Shown piece after piece: positions 34,284 to 44,300 of a stretch of DNA of 64,000 bases; within the stretch, counting starts at the first letter, position 1; every line of letters starts with the position of its first letter. A program made the translations under genes and the position numbers. Origin of the DNA: an uncultured Burkholderiales bacterium (GTDB lineage Bacteria > Actinomycetota > Acidimicrobiia > IMCC26256 > JACPCJ01); NCBI GenBank assembly GCA_964438505.1, contig CAYTKN010000013.1, positions 7,626 to 71,625 of the forward strand, written 5' to 3'. The notes under the pieces are model-generated. The model saw nothing but the letters and a program-made list of their open reading frames with translations, had not been told where the DNA came from and searched no databases.

Positions 34284-35213
34284 CTACGACCCGCGACGCA
34301 GGAGGCGCAGGCATCGGCGGGCCACGGCCCGCGGGAGCTTGACCGCCGCGTCGGCGACGCTTCGGCGTGGTGCCGACACGTCGGCCAGCTCGGCTTCGAG
34401 GCGCTCGATGCGCTTCCTCGCGTCGTGGAGCGCTCGTTCGTCCTGGCCGATCCGCTGGGCGCTCCCGGGTGGGAGGTGGAGTCCTCGGCGGTCCAGGTCT
34501 CGCAGGACCGTCTGTCGCGCCAGCGCCCAGCTCTCGGGGTCGACGGCGTCGACGGCGGCCTCTCCGGAGCGCCACCGGTGGTAGACGCCGACCACCTCGC
34601 CGGTGTCGTGGACACCCGCCCGTGTGGCTGCGGCGAGGAGGAACGCCCAGTCCTCGAGGACGGGGACGTCCTCACGGAACCGCAGTCCTTCATCGACGAG
34701 CGATCGCGGGACGGCGTAGGTGAAGAGCGGTGACTGGTTGAGGCCGAGGTGCTCGACGAGGTCGAACCGGGGCGAGTAGGGATGCTCGCGCGCTCCGATG
34801 CGCCGGTGGCCGCCGTCGGGCGTGCGCTCCACCCATTCGACGGCGGCGAGGCCGCGCACGACGGCGCCCGGCGCTGCTCGGGCGCCGTCGGCGAAGGTCG
34901 AGAGCCAGTGCGGGAACGCGACGTCGTCGTCGTCGAGGAAGCACACGTAGTCGGCGTCGAGGCGTTGGAGGGCGGCGTTGAGGGGACGAGCGCGCGAGCC
35001 GGGCTCGACGGTGAACACGTCGAGGCGCGACCGGGTCGGGTCGTCGAGCTCGCGGACGAGTCGGCACACACCTTCGACGGCGGTCTCGTCGTCGGTGTGG
35101 ACGGCGAGCCGTACGGCAGCGGGCGCGTGGGCCTGGGAAGCCACGCTGTCGAGCGCCTCACGGAGGTTCGGGGGCCTGAGGCCCTGGGTCCGCATGACGA
35201 CTTCGAGTTCCAC
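34284..35213 (-). CDS. GT2-like glycosyltransferase
   Basis: VVMRTQGLRPPNLREALDSVASQ and YVCFLDDDDVAFPHW (DxD region) are present. The C-terminus looks coiled-coil-like. Confidence 0.6.
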   Translation of the reverse strand: MELEVVMRTQGLRPPNLREALDSVASQAHAPAAVRLAVHTDDETAVEGVCRLVRELDDPTRSRLDVFTVEPGSRARPLNAALQRLDADYVCFLDDDDVAFPHWLSTFADGARAAPGAVVRGLAAVEWVERTPDGGHRRIGAREHPYSPRFDLVEHLGLNQSPLFTYAVPRSLVDEGLRFREDVPVLEDWAFLLAAATRAGVHDTGEVVGVYHRWRSGEAAVDAVDPESWALARQTVLRDLDRRGLHLPPGSAQRIGQDERALHDARKRIERLEAELADVSAPRRSVADAAVKLPRAVARRCLRLLRRGS

Positions 35214-35260
35214 GCCCTGCTCTCCTCCGCCTCGGCGAGAAGGTAGCAGCCGCGTAACGT

Positions 35261-37279
35261 GTGGCTCGCGCGATGTCGGGACGGGACGGACGGATGGATG
35301 ACGGGGGCGCGCGTGAGCCGGCGTTGTGCCCTGGAGACGACGGCTGGCTCGAGGCGCTGGCGTCCGCTGATGCGTCCCGGCCGGCCGCGCTCGTCCTCCG
35401 GGGCCCGGCCCGTGCCACCTTCGACGAGGTCCGCGGCGCCGTCGGGGACCTGCTCGTTCGGGGCTTCACGGTCGCCGGGGCCGAGCCGGGAGGCGTCACG
35501 TTCCGGCCGGGCCGCCACGAGTTGCTCTACCTCGGACCGTGGGTCAAGCGGGGAGGCTCCGACCGGGGAACGCTCGACTGGCTGCGCACGATCGACCGGG
35601 AGCGGTTCGGCCGCGCGCTGGTGACGACCCAGCCGAGCGACAACCCGTGGTTCGGGGAGGCGGAGCGGCTGGCGGATGCCGCCTGGCACCTCCCCGACCG
35701 GGTGCGGGGCCGTGAGATGCCCGGGTTCGTCGCGAGGGTGGTGCGCGACCGGGGCGTCGCGGCCGTGCACGTCATGAACTCGAAGCTGGGTTTCGACCTG
35801 CTGCCCGATCTCGAGCGCGCCTTCCCGCACGTCGGGGTGGTGGTGCAGTTGCACAACCTCGAGGTCGACGGGCGGGGCCGACCGTGGGGCTACGTCCCCT
35901 ATGTGATCTCGCGCTTCGACCGTCACGTCGACGCCTACTCGGTGATCAGCCGTGACGTCCTCGAGGCGATGGTGGAACGGGGTGTCCCGCGCGAGAAGCT
36001 CCACCTCGTCCCGTTGGGGGTGGACGTCGACGACGAGTTCCGCCCTCGGGCGCCTGGCGCGGGCGGGCGCCGTGAGGGTACCGGCGAGACGTTCCGGGTC
36101 CTGTTCCCGGCGCGCCTCACCGAGCAGAAGGATCCGTTGTTGCTCGTGGAGATCGCCGCGGGCCTGGCGGCACGCGGGTCGGGAGCCGTGGTCGACGTGG
36201 TGGGGGAGGGAGCGTTGGGAGCGGAGTTGGAGCGAGCCGTCTCGCGCCGTGGCCTGGGTGATCGCTTCGTGTTCCACGGAGCCCACGACGACATGGCGGC
36301 CTGGTACGAGCGCTCGGACGTCACCGTGCTGACGAGCCGCTACGAGGGGCTCCCGATGACGGTCCAGGAGAGCCTGGCCTGCGAGGTCCCGGTGGTGGCG
36401 GCGGCGGTCGGCGCGATCCCGGAGCTGGTCGATGCGTCCTGCGGGGTGCTGGTGGAGCCCCGCGACGACGTGGATGCCTACGTGGAGGCGTTGGTGGCGC
36501 TCGAGCGGGATCCCGAGCGTCGGCGCCGCTTGGGGATCGCCGGTCGCGAGCGGTTGCTGCGCGCGGGTTTCACGACCGGGGCGATGGCCCGCGCGCACGA
36601 GGACCTGTACGTGGAGGTCGTCGCCGCGCGTGTGGCTCGGCTGCTCGGCGGCGAGCCGGAGGGACGGCGTGACGGCGAGAGCCGGGCGGTCGGGTTCGAG
36701 GGGTGGACGCCCCCGGGCACGGTCCCGTGCGGGGTGCGCACGTCGAGCGGCGCTGCCGACCTGGTGGTCTCCGAGGAGGTCGTCAAGCCGCTCGCACGGC
36801 TCTACCGGGAGCCGTTCGAGGACACCGCTCCGCTGGTGCGTGTCGACGCCGGCCGCTTCCGTGTGGGTGGTGGGGATCGGCTCGGGCACCCGGACGCGCC
36901 GGGGCGCCCGGACGGGGAGGTCGTCGGTCACGTGCTCCGGCACCACCTGCCGGGTCTCGTCGACCTCTCCCGCGCGGTGAGCGATGCGCTGCGGGAGGCC
37001 GGCTGCGACGCCGACGCGATCGTGGTGGAGGGTCTCGAGGGTTCGGTGGAGGGTCTCGAGGGTTCGGTGGAGGCGGGTGGCACCGACGCCGGTGCCGACA
37101 CGCGGGTGTGGGTGGAGCCGGTCGAGCCTCCCTCCGGCCGGCCGGGAAGCTCTCGTCCGGGCGCGCCGCGCGCGGGGTCCGCCGGGAGCCGGGCGCTGGC
37201 GCGGCTCCGTCCGCGTCGGCTCCGCCGTCTCGTCACCCGCCTGATCGGCCGAGGAGGGAGCCGGGCTCGGGGAGCGTGA
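35261..37279 (+). CDS. GT4-family glycosyltransferase with N- and C-terminal extensions
   Basis: Track ORF of 672 aa. LTSRYEGLPMTVQESLACEVPVV is the GT4 E-x7-E region. About 230 aa of extra C-terminal sequence follow. Confidence 0.75.
   Translation: MARAMSGRDGRMDDGGAREPALCPGDDGWLEALASADASRPAALVLRGPARATFDEVRGAVGDLLVRGFTVAGAEPGGVTFRPGRHELLYLGPWVKRGGSDRGTLDWLRTIDRERFGRALVTTQPSDNPWFGEAERLADAAWHLPDRVRGREMPGFVARVVRDRGVAAVHVMNSKLGFDLLPDLERAFPHVGVVVQLHNLEVDGRGRPWGYVPYVISRFDRHVDAYSVISRDVLEAMVERGVPREKLHLVPLGVDVDDEFRPRAPGAGGRREGTGETFRVLFPARLTEQKDPLLLVEIAAGLAARGSGAVVDVVGEGALGAELERAVSRRGLGDRFVFHGAHDDMAAWYERSDVTVLTSRYEGLPMTVQESLACEVPVVAAAVGAIPELVDASCGVLVEPRDDVDAYVEALVALERDPERRRRLGIAGRERLLRAGFTTGAMARAHEDLYVEVVAARVARLLGGEPEGRRDGESRAVGFEGWTPPGTVPCGVRTSSGAADLVVSEEVVKPLARLYREPFEDTAPLVRVDAGRFRVGGGDRLGHPDAPGRPDGEVVGHVLRHHLPGLVDLSRAVSDALREAGCDADAIVVEGLEGSVEGLEGSVEAGGTDAGADTRVWVEPVEPPSGRPGSSRPGAPRAGSAGSRALARLRPRRLRRLVTRLIGRGGSRARGA
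37025..37066 (+). repeat. 21-bp perfect tandem duplication (VEGLEGS x2) inside the GT4 gene
   Basis: GTGGAGGGTCTCGAGGGTTCG occurs twice; coordinates are anchored on the ORF frame. Confidence 0.85.
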
Positions 37280-39641
37280 GCGGTTCGGGCAGCAACGGTG
37301 CGACGAGGTCGCGGAACCGTGCGGCGCGGACGTCGAACGAGTGGTGCCGGCGCACCAGGTCGGCCGCGTTCGCGGATCGCTCGCGTCGCTCGTCGGGGTG
37401 TTCGAGGTACCGCTCGAGGATGGTCGCGAGCTCGTCCGGGCTCTCGTAGGTGGCCACCGCGTCGCCGAAGAGCTCGGGGATCTCGGGCAGGTGGTCGGAG
37501 ACGACGAGGCTGCCGCAGGCGAGCGCGTCGAAGATCCTGTTGGCGACGAATCCGTGGGTGCGCATGTCGTCCCAGTGGTCGTTGAGCACGATGTCCGCCG
37601 AGCGGTACAGGCGGGGAAGCTCGTGGTTGGGGACGTGGCCTCCCCGGAGCACGGGGGGGTCCACGAAGAGCGTCCAGCCCTCGCCCCACAGGTCGACGTG
37701 CACGCCGGCGTCGAGCGCCCAACGGACGGCGCGGCGGAAGCGGCCGCGGGAGTTGCCGACGAAGAGCACGGCGCTCCTGCCGGTCGGGTCGGGGTCGCCG
37801 GGGGCGAAGAGGCGGGTGTCGGCGGCTTGGAGGAGCACCTCGACGGGCGCGTCGTCCCGGTCGCGGAGCTCGCCGGCGAAGCGCTCGGACGCGACGAGCA
37901 CGAGGTCGTGCTGGTCGCACTCGTCGGGGGTCACGTCGTCGGGGTGGCTCACGATCCAGAGCACGTTGAGGGCACCGGGGACGGGCTCGCTCCGTTCGAG
38001 CCCTCGGAGGTGCACGGCCACGTCGGCGTCGTGGAGGTCGGGGGCGTCCCACCGCTCACCGAGGGCGACCGCCGGCGCGAACCCGTGCCGGTCGAGTGCC
38101 CGGGCGAAGGCGAGGGCGAAGTGTGTGTCTCCCCAGCGCTCGGCCACCGTCGGGGAGGGCGCAGCGATCCTGATGGCGACCCGGGGGCGTCCGAGCCGCT
38201 CCCGGGCGATGTCGAGGAGCTGGTCGAGCGCGGGGTTCGCCGCGTCGGGCGGCTGCTCGTCGAGGCGAGCGATCTCGGAGCGGGGGTCGACGTCGCCGAT
38301 CTCGACGGGGGCGCGGGCCCACACGCGCGCGTCCACGGCCGTCGCGCTGACGAGCGCGTCGTGCTCGCCGAGCCACCCGCCGGTCCACGTGTCGGCGTCG
38401 CGGATCACGCCGACGGTGGGGGCGGGCCGCGGCGGCGGCGCCGGTTCGAGGGCCACGCGGAGGTCGACCGCTCCCCCGGGTCCGTTGCCCCCTTGTCGGT
38501 GGCGAGCTCGGGATCCGCGCTCGGCTGCTTCGTCGGCGGCGGGGGGCGTGTCGGAGGGGTGCATCTCGATGCGGACCGGCGAGGGATGCGACCACGCCGG
38601 GTCGGCGCGGAGGCGTGCGAGTCGGAGCGAGCGAACGAGCCGTGCCCGCGAGCCGGGCACCTCGAGTGGTCGCGCGCGTCCGGGGGTCTCGTGTGCGTCG
38701 GCTGCTCCCACGACGGCGTCTCCGACGGCGACGGTCTCGAGGCCCGCCTCGCGCAGCCACAGCGACAGGCCGGTGCCGAGCGAGGAGCCGTCGACCTGCG
38801 CGAGCTCTTCGAGGGTGGCGGGCTCTGCTCGACGGATCGCGTCGAGCGCTGGGCGGCTCAGGAGCACGCACCGGCTGTCCGCTGCGGCGACCGGGTTCGG
38901 TGCCCGCTCGACGGCCTCGGGGTCGGTCCCGGCGCAGAGGGGCACGGCGACGAGGTGCTCGCCGTGGAGCGCGAGCCCCCAGCCGGCGGCTCCGGTCGTC
39001 GCGTGGTCGAGGTCGAGCACGTGCGGGGTCGCGGCACCGACCGCGGGGTGTGCGGCGACGGCGCGGGCGAGCGCGACGACGAGTCCGGGCGCGCCGAGCT
39101 CGACGACGGGGTCCACCAGGAGGAGGTGGTCGCCGGGAGGGTCGTCGCGGCGGCCGTCGGTGGCGTCGCGGCCGGCGAGAACGGCCGCGAGCCGCTCGGG
39201 GGCGACGGTCTCGGCACGGTCGACGCCGGGCTCGGCTTCCAACGCGCGGGCGAGGCGCTCGGCGCGCTCGCCGGTGCCGACGACCCACGCCGAGGTGGAG
39301 GTGCGCGAGGCGGTCGAGGTGTCGTGGCGCTCGCCGGTGATGCGCGCGAGGCGGGATCGTGCTCGGCGTCGCCGAAGGAGCGCGAGGGCGCGCCCGCCAC
39401 CGCGTGTGACGTTGCTGCCGATCCTGCGGGGGTCGAGGCGGCGCAGGCGCGCCAGTCGCGCTTCGGCCAGGCGTTGGCGGGCGCGGGCGTCCTCGAGCTG
39501 TTCGGTCAGGTCCGCGATGCGGGTTCTGGCTTCGCGGAGCCGCTGCTCCGCGTGGTCGCGCTCGAGGCGTGCGGCTCGGCTGTCGCTGCTCGGGTCTCCG
39601 CCGTCTGCTCCGAGCTCGCCGCGCCCTTCGTCGGCCGCCAT
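37233..39641 (-). CDS. Multidomain protein: N-terminal coiled coil, GT-A-like middle, CgeB/GT1-like C-terminus
   Basis: Track ORF of 802 aa. The N-terminus is LERDHAEQRLREARTRIADLTEQLEDARARQRLAEARLARL. The C-terminal 250 aa (VLFVGNSRGRFRR...NHELPRLYRSADIVLNDHW...NRIFDALACGSLVVSD) resemble DUF3880/Glyco_trans_1_2. Confidence 0.6.
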   Translation of the reverse strand: MAADEGRGELGADGGDPSSDSRAARLERDHAEQRLREARTRIADLTEQLEDARARQRLAEARLARLRRLDPRRIGSNVTRGGGRALALLRRRRARSRLARITGERHDTSTASRTSTSAWVVGTGERAERLARALEAEPGVDRAETVAPERLAAVLAGRDATDGRRDDPPGDHLLLVDPVVELGAPGLVVALARAVAAHPAVGAATPHVLDLDHATTGAAGWGLALHGEHLVAVPLCAGTDPEAVERAPNPVAAADSRCVLLSRPALDAIRRAEPATLEELAQVDGSSLGTGLSLWLREAGLETVAVGDAVVGAADAHETPGRARPLEVPGSRARLVRSLRLARLRADPAWSHPSPVRIEMHPSDTPPAADEAAERGSRARHRQGGNGPGGAVDLRVALEPAPPPRPAPTVGVIRDADTWTGGWLGEHDALVSATAVDARVWARAPVEIGDVDPRSEIARLDEQPPDAANPALDQLLDIARERLGRPRVAIRIAAPSPTVAERWGDTHFALAFARALDRHGFAPAVALGERWDAPDLHDADVAVHLRGLERSEPVPGALNVLWIVSHPDDVTPDECDQHDLVLVASERFAGELRDRDDAPVEVLLQAADTRLFAPGDPDPTGRSAVLFVGNSRGRFRRAVRWALDAGVHVDLWGEGWTLFVDPPVLRGGHVPNHELPRLYRSADIVLNDHWDDMRTHGFVANRIFDALACGSLVVSDHLPEIPELFGDAVATYESPDELATILERYLEHPDERRERSANAADLVRRHHSFDVRAARFRDLVAPLLPEPLTLPEPGSLLGRSGG

Positions 39642-39650
39642 GGCACGCGG

Positions 39651-40469
39651 CTACCCGGTGGCCCGCTCGGCCCGGCCGGCCTCGTCGTCCTGGTCGTGCT
39701 CGCGGGGCCGGTCCTGCTCGTCTGCCTGCTCGGCCTGGTCGTGGACGGCGTCGCGGTATTGGTCGACGACCTCGGCGGAGGGGCCGATCGCGCGCACGCG
39801 TCCGTGGTCGAGCCACAACGCTCGGTCGCAGAAGTCGACGACCTGCTCGAGCGAGTGGGTGACGAACACGATGGTGCCGGAGCGCTCGAGCAGCCGGGTC
39901 ATGGAGGCCATGCTCTTGTCGCGGAACTCCTCGTCGCCGACGGCGAGGACCTCGTCGACGAGGAGGATGTCGGGGTCGATGTGGATGCTGATCGAGAAGG
40001 CGAGGCGGGCGAACATCCCCGACGAGTACGTCTTGATGGGTCGGTGGATGGCGTCCTCGAGGCCCGCGTACTCGACGATGGCGTCGACGCGCTCGTCGAT
40101 CTGGCGTTTGGTGAGGCCGGCGGCGAGGCCTCCGAGGTAGGTGTTCCGGTGCCCAGAGAGCTCGGGGTTGAAGCCGACGCCGAGTTGGAGGAGCGTCGAG
40201 ACGTGGCCACGGATCTCGATGACGCCGGCGTCGGGTTGGAGCGTCCCGGCGATCACCCGGAGGAGCGTGCTCTTGCCGGCGCCGTTCGGCCCGATGACGC
40301 CGAACGCCTCCCCGCGGTGGATCTCGAAGTCGACGTGGTCGAGCGCGACGACCTGTTCGCGTTCCCGGTGGCGGAGCCGCGAGAGGGAGCGGCGGAGGGT
40401 GGGGCTCCGGTCGAGGTACGGACGGAACCACACCCCGAGGTCGCGGGCGGCGATCGACGGCTCGGTCAC
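39651..40469 (-). CDS. Polysaccharide/teichoic-acid-type ABC exporter ATP-binding protein (Wzt/TagH-like)
   Basis: 272 aa counted from GTG 40469. GPNGAGKSTLL, YSSGMFARLAFS and ILLVDEVLAVGD are present. The C-terminus is a short acidic tail with no carbohydrate-binding domain. Confidence 0.85.
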   Translation of the reverse strand: MTEPSIAARDLGVWFRPYLDRSPTLRRSLSRLRHREREQVVALDHVDFEIHRGEAFGVIGPNGAGKSTLLRVIAGTLQPDAGVIEIRGHVSTLLQLGVGFNPELSGHRNTYLGGLAAGLTKRQIDERVDAIVEYAGLEDAIHRPIKTYSSGMFARLAFSISIHIDPDILLVDEVLAVGDEEFRDKSMASMTRLLERSGTIVFVTHSLEQVVDFCDRALWLDHGRVRAIGPSAEVVDQYRDAVHDQAEQADEQDRPREHDQDDEAGRAERATG

Positions 40470-41293
40470 AGGTACCGCACCATCCTGCCTTCGGAGCGCA
40501 CGAACGACACGATCCCGAGGGCTCCGATGCCGAACGCCCAGGCGACGGCCTGGAGCACCGAGCCGGTGGCGAGGGGGGTGTCGAGGAGCGCGGCCCGGTA
40601 GAGCTCGAGGAAGGGCACGAGCGGGTTGATGCGGAGGAAGTCGCGGAGGTGTTCGGGGACCTGCTGGACGGTGTAGACGACCGGCGAGAGGTACAGCCAC
40701 AGCCGCGTGAGGTAGGGGAAGAGGTTGTTGACGTCGCGGAAGGGGATGGCCATGCGCGCCGCGACGGTCGAGAGGCCGAGGTTGAAGAGCGTGTGGAGGA
40801 TGACGGCGGGGAGGAGCCAGAGGATGGCGAGCTGCGGGTACACGCCGTCGATGGTCGCTGCGAGGATGAAGAACGGCACGAGCGAGGCGACGAAGCCGAC
40901 GGCGGCTTCGATCATGCCGGCGATGGGGAGGATCATCCGGGGGAAGCTGAGGTTGGCGAGCAGCTTGGAGTTCCCGAGGATGATGTTGGCTCCCTCGAGC
41001 AGGGACCGCTGCGTGTAGTAGAAGGCGAAGATCCCCGCGAGCAGGTACGACATGTAGTGCTCGACGCTGGCTCGGCTGGCGAAGATCACCCCGAAGACGA
41101 GGAAGTACACCATCGCCAGCAGCAGGGGGTTGAGCACGAACCAGAACAGCCCCATGGTGGTGGAGGCGTTCTGGGATTTGATCTTGCCCGTGGCGAGGTA
41201 GAGCGCGAACTCGCGTCGGTCCCACAGGTCGCGCAGGTACGAGGGGCGGTCGTGCTCGATGCGGGCGGGCGCGGCGCGGGCGGGTGCAGCCAT
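40466..41293 (-). CDS. ABC-2 type polysaccharide exporter permease (Wzm/TagG-like)
   Basis: 275 aa counted from ATG 41293, with 6 TM segments. Sequence runs LWDRREFALYLATGKIKSQNASTTMGLFWFVLNPLL. Its stop overlaps the downstream ATPase GTG start (GTGA). Confidence 0.85.
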   Translation of the reverse strand: MAAPARAAPARIEHDRPSYLRDLWDRREFALYLATGKIKSQNASTTMGLFWFVLNPLLLAMVYFLVFGVIFASRASVEHYMSYLLAGIFAFYYTQRSLLEGANIILGNSKLLANLSFPRMILPIAGMIEAAVGFVASLVPFFILAATIDGVYPQLAILWLLPAVILHTLFNLGLSTVAARMAIPFRDVNNLFPYLTRLWLYLSPVVYTVQQVPEHLRDFLRINPLVPFLELYRAALLDTPLATGSVLQAVAWAFGIGALGIVSFVRSEGRMVRYL

Positions 41294-41306
41294 CGGCGCG
41301 CCGAGC

Positions 41307-44300
41307 CTACTGTCGATCCTCGTCGGGGCCGCGATGGTCGGTGTCGTGTCCGGCCACGCCGGCGAAGGCGAGGTCGAGGCCGTGTCGCCGGGTCTCCGCC
41401 TGGTCGAGGAAGTAGCGGGGCCCCGGCTCCCAGGTGTGGCCGTGGCCGTGGCGGTGGAGGACGTAGCCGAAGCCGTGGGTCCGGTAGGTGGTGCCGCCTG
41501 CGGCGAGGACGTCCTCGATGAGCGCCTGGTCGAGGCGGCGTCGGACGTGCCGCCAGCCACCGAGCGAGCGCAGCGTCTCGCGGCGGAGGGCCAGCGTGCC
41601 TCCGGCGAACGTGCGGCTGCCGAACGACTCGCCGCCTCCGACGAAGCGGCGGAGCGTGACGCCCTCGTCGGCGAGGTAGACGAGCTCGGCGGCTTTGCCG
41701 ACGAGCTCGGCGCCGCTGTACTGGAGCGCGAGGACGACGTCCCAGAGGTGCTCGGCGTCGTACCAGTCGTCGTCGTCGAACTTCGTGACCACGTCACCCG
41801 AGGCGACCTGCGAGCCGAGGTCGGCGGCTTCGCCGAAGGGGCGGTCGGGGGCGACCCGCACCACGGTGGCCGGGCAGCCGGCTTGCCGTTTGATCCGCCG
41901 TCGGGCGCCGTCGTCGAAGGCGTCGCCGTGGAGGACGGCCACGAGCTCTGTGCGGGGGTACGCCTGGTTGGCGATTTGGCGGAGCGCGTGGTCGAGCTGT
42001 TCGGGTCGGTTGGTGGTGAGGAGGATCGAGACGCACGGTGGTGGGGGGAGCGCGAGCGTGACGACGTCGGCGACGCGCCGCCACCACGCCGCGGTGGAGT
42101 GGCCCCGCAGGGCTTCGCGGCGCAGGCGCACGCTGAGGAGCTCGCGAGCGTCGACCTCGTGGGGGACGTCGTCGACGCGTTGCGGCACGAGCGCGTCGAG
42201 ACGTGGCGAGAGGATCGATCGGAGCGGGTCGCCGGTGTCGAGGACGGGGACCGCGCCGGCGGCGGTGAGGCTGGTGAGCCACGCGCCCCGCGCGGTGGCG
42301 TCGGGGTAGTGCTCGGGGGGGAGGGTGACGGCGCGGTGGCTCCGTGCCTGCTCGAGGGCGGGGCGGCACCGCCGGTCGGGCAGCGCGCCGGGCAGGTGGA
42401 GGCCGGAGGTCGCGGGGTTCGTGACGGTGGCCTCGATCGCTCGTGGGTCGACGACGGCGGGGGCGCCGATGGGGTTGGCGGTCGCGGGGTCTGCGGGGAT
42501 CGGGGATCGCACGTCGACCTCGCGCGTGCTCGCGGCGGCGCCCGTCGGTGCGGGTTCGAAGGCGACGCGGGCGTCGGGGGTGATCCCGTCGGTCGGGTCG
42601 GTGGAGCCGACGACCACGATGCGTGCGCCGCGCTGCGCCGCGCGCTGGACGGTGCGCGCCTGCGACGAGCCGCCTGCGACGAGGACGTCGAGGTGCTCGA
42701 GCTGGTCGGCGCTGCTGTCGTCGGCGGCGTCGTCGTCGACGACCCGGACGGCCTGGCCGACCCATTCGGCGGCGGGTGTGGCGGTGAACGCCACCCAGAG
42801 GTTGAGTCGCTCCGCGGGGCTCGGGCGGTGCTGGGCCGGCGGTGGGGGCCGTCGGGTGGGCGATCCACCTCGACGGGTCGACAGCGCGGCCCGTCGGCCG
42901 AGGCGTTGGCGAGTCGAGCGGGTGAGCCATCGGAGCGCACGCAGGGCGTCGCGGGGGCTGCGGACGCTGCGGAGCCGTCGCCACAGCGTCGCCATCGGGG
43001 ACGTGGAGGTGAGGCCGACCCGTGCGCGGGCGACGGCGGTGTCGTGGACGGCGGTCATGCCGAGGAGCCGGTGGTGGAGGGTGTGCTCGCCGAAGAGGCG
43101 TGGCGCTTCGAGCTCGACGTCGTCGGGTCGGGTGGCTGTTCGCTGCGCTCGACGCCGTGCTCTCGTGGTGACGGCCCGCAGGGTGGCTCTGCCTGCTCGC
43201 CTGGGCCCCCGGCAGGTGAGCGTGCCGGCGCCCCGGTCGAGTCGGTCGACGACGCGAGCGAGGGCCTTGGGACCGAGGCGGAGCGTGGGTGGGAGCTCGA
43301 CGGTGGCGGCGGCGAAGCGGAGTCGGTCGGGTGTGTCGGCCCGGTCGCTTGCGACGACGACGCGGGGGTCGTCGCCGAGCTGACGGGAGATCCACGTGGC
43401 TTCGGGGTGCGTGGGGGGCACGCGCAGGACCACGACGAGGTCGTCGAAGCGGCCGGCGAGGACCGCCTCGACGCTCTCGAGCACCCCGGCACCGGAGGCT
43501 GCTTCGCTGTCGACTCGCACGACGAGCGAGGGCACGTGGTAGGAGCGGCCGGGCAGGCGGCGCCGGAAGCTACGTTCGGCGACGAGGTGCGAGATCTTGG
43601 CTCGCTGCTCTTCGAGGGAGCGTTGCTCGTCGGGGTCGGGCACGTTGCCGAGCCCCTGGTGCCAGCAGGCGGCCCGGCGCTCGGGGACGAGGAGGGCACC
43701 GTCGGTGAAGAGCCGGTATCCGAGCTCGATGTCCTCGGCACCCCATTGGATGAACGTCTCGTCGTAGCGGCCGGCGCGTTCGAAGGTGTCGGCTCGCAGC
43801 GCCAGGTTGCCGCCGGTGACGACCCGGAAGAGGTCGGGGTCGTTCGAGGTGAGCGCGGCGGTCCGTTCCATGTGCCACTCGATCCACTCGGGCCGTTCCT
43901 GCCGGCGGTTCGAGAAGAGCGGTGCGAGCGAGCCGCGCGCGGCGGCGGTGGCGATGTCGTCGGGGTCGATGCCGTCGAAGTCGACGTGGCGGCGGAACCC
44001 GAGGGTGACGGCGTCGTCCACGAGGTGGTGCCAGCGGGCGTGGGCTTCGAGCCACTCGGGTTCGGGCACCATGTCGCAGTCGAGGAAGGCGAGGATCTCG
44101 CCCTCGGCGGCGGCGGCTCCGGTGTTGCGTGCCCGGGCGAGGCCGAAGCCCCGCCGTTCCTGGGTGACGACGCGGACGTACATCGGGAGCTGGTCGGGCA
44201 CGTCGGGGGGTCGGGTGGAGCCGTCGTCGGCGACGACGACCTCGAAGAGCTCGGCCGGGTAGGTCTGGTGGGCGAGCGCGGCGAGGGTGGTGGCGAGAGA

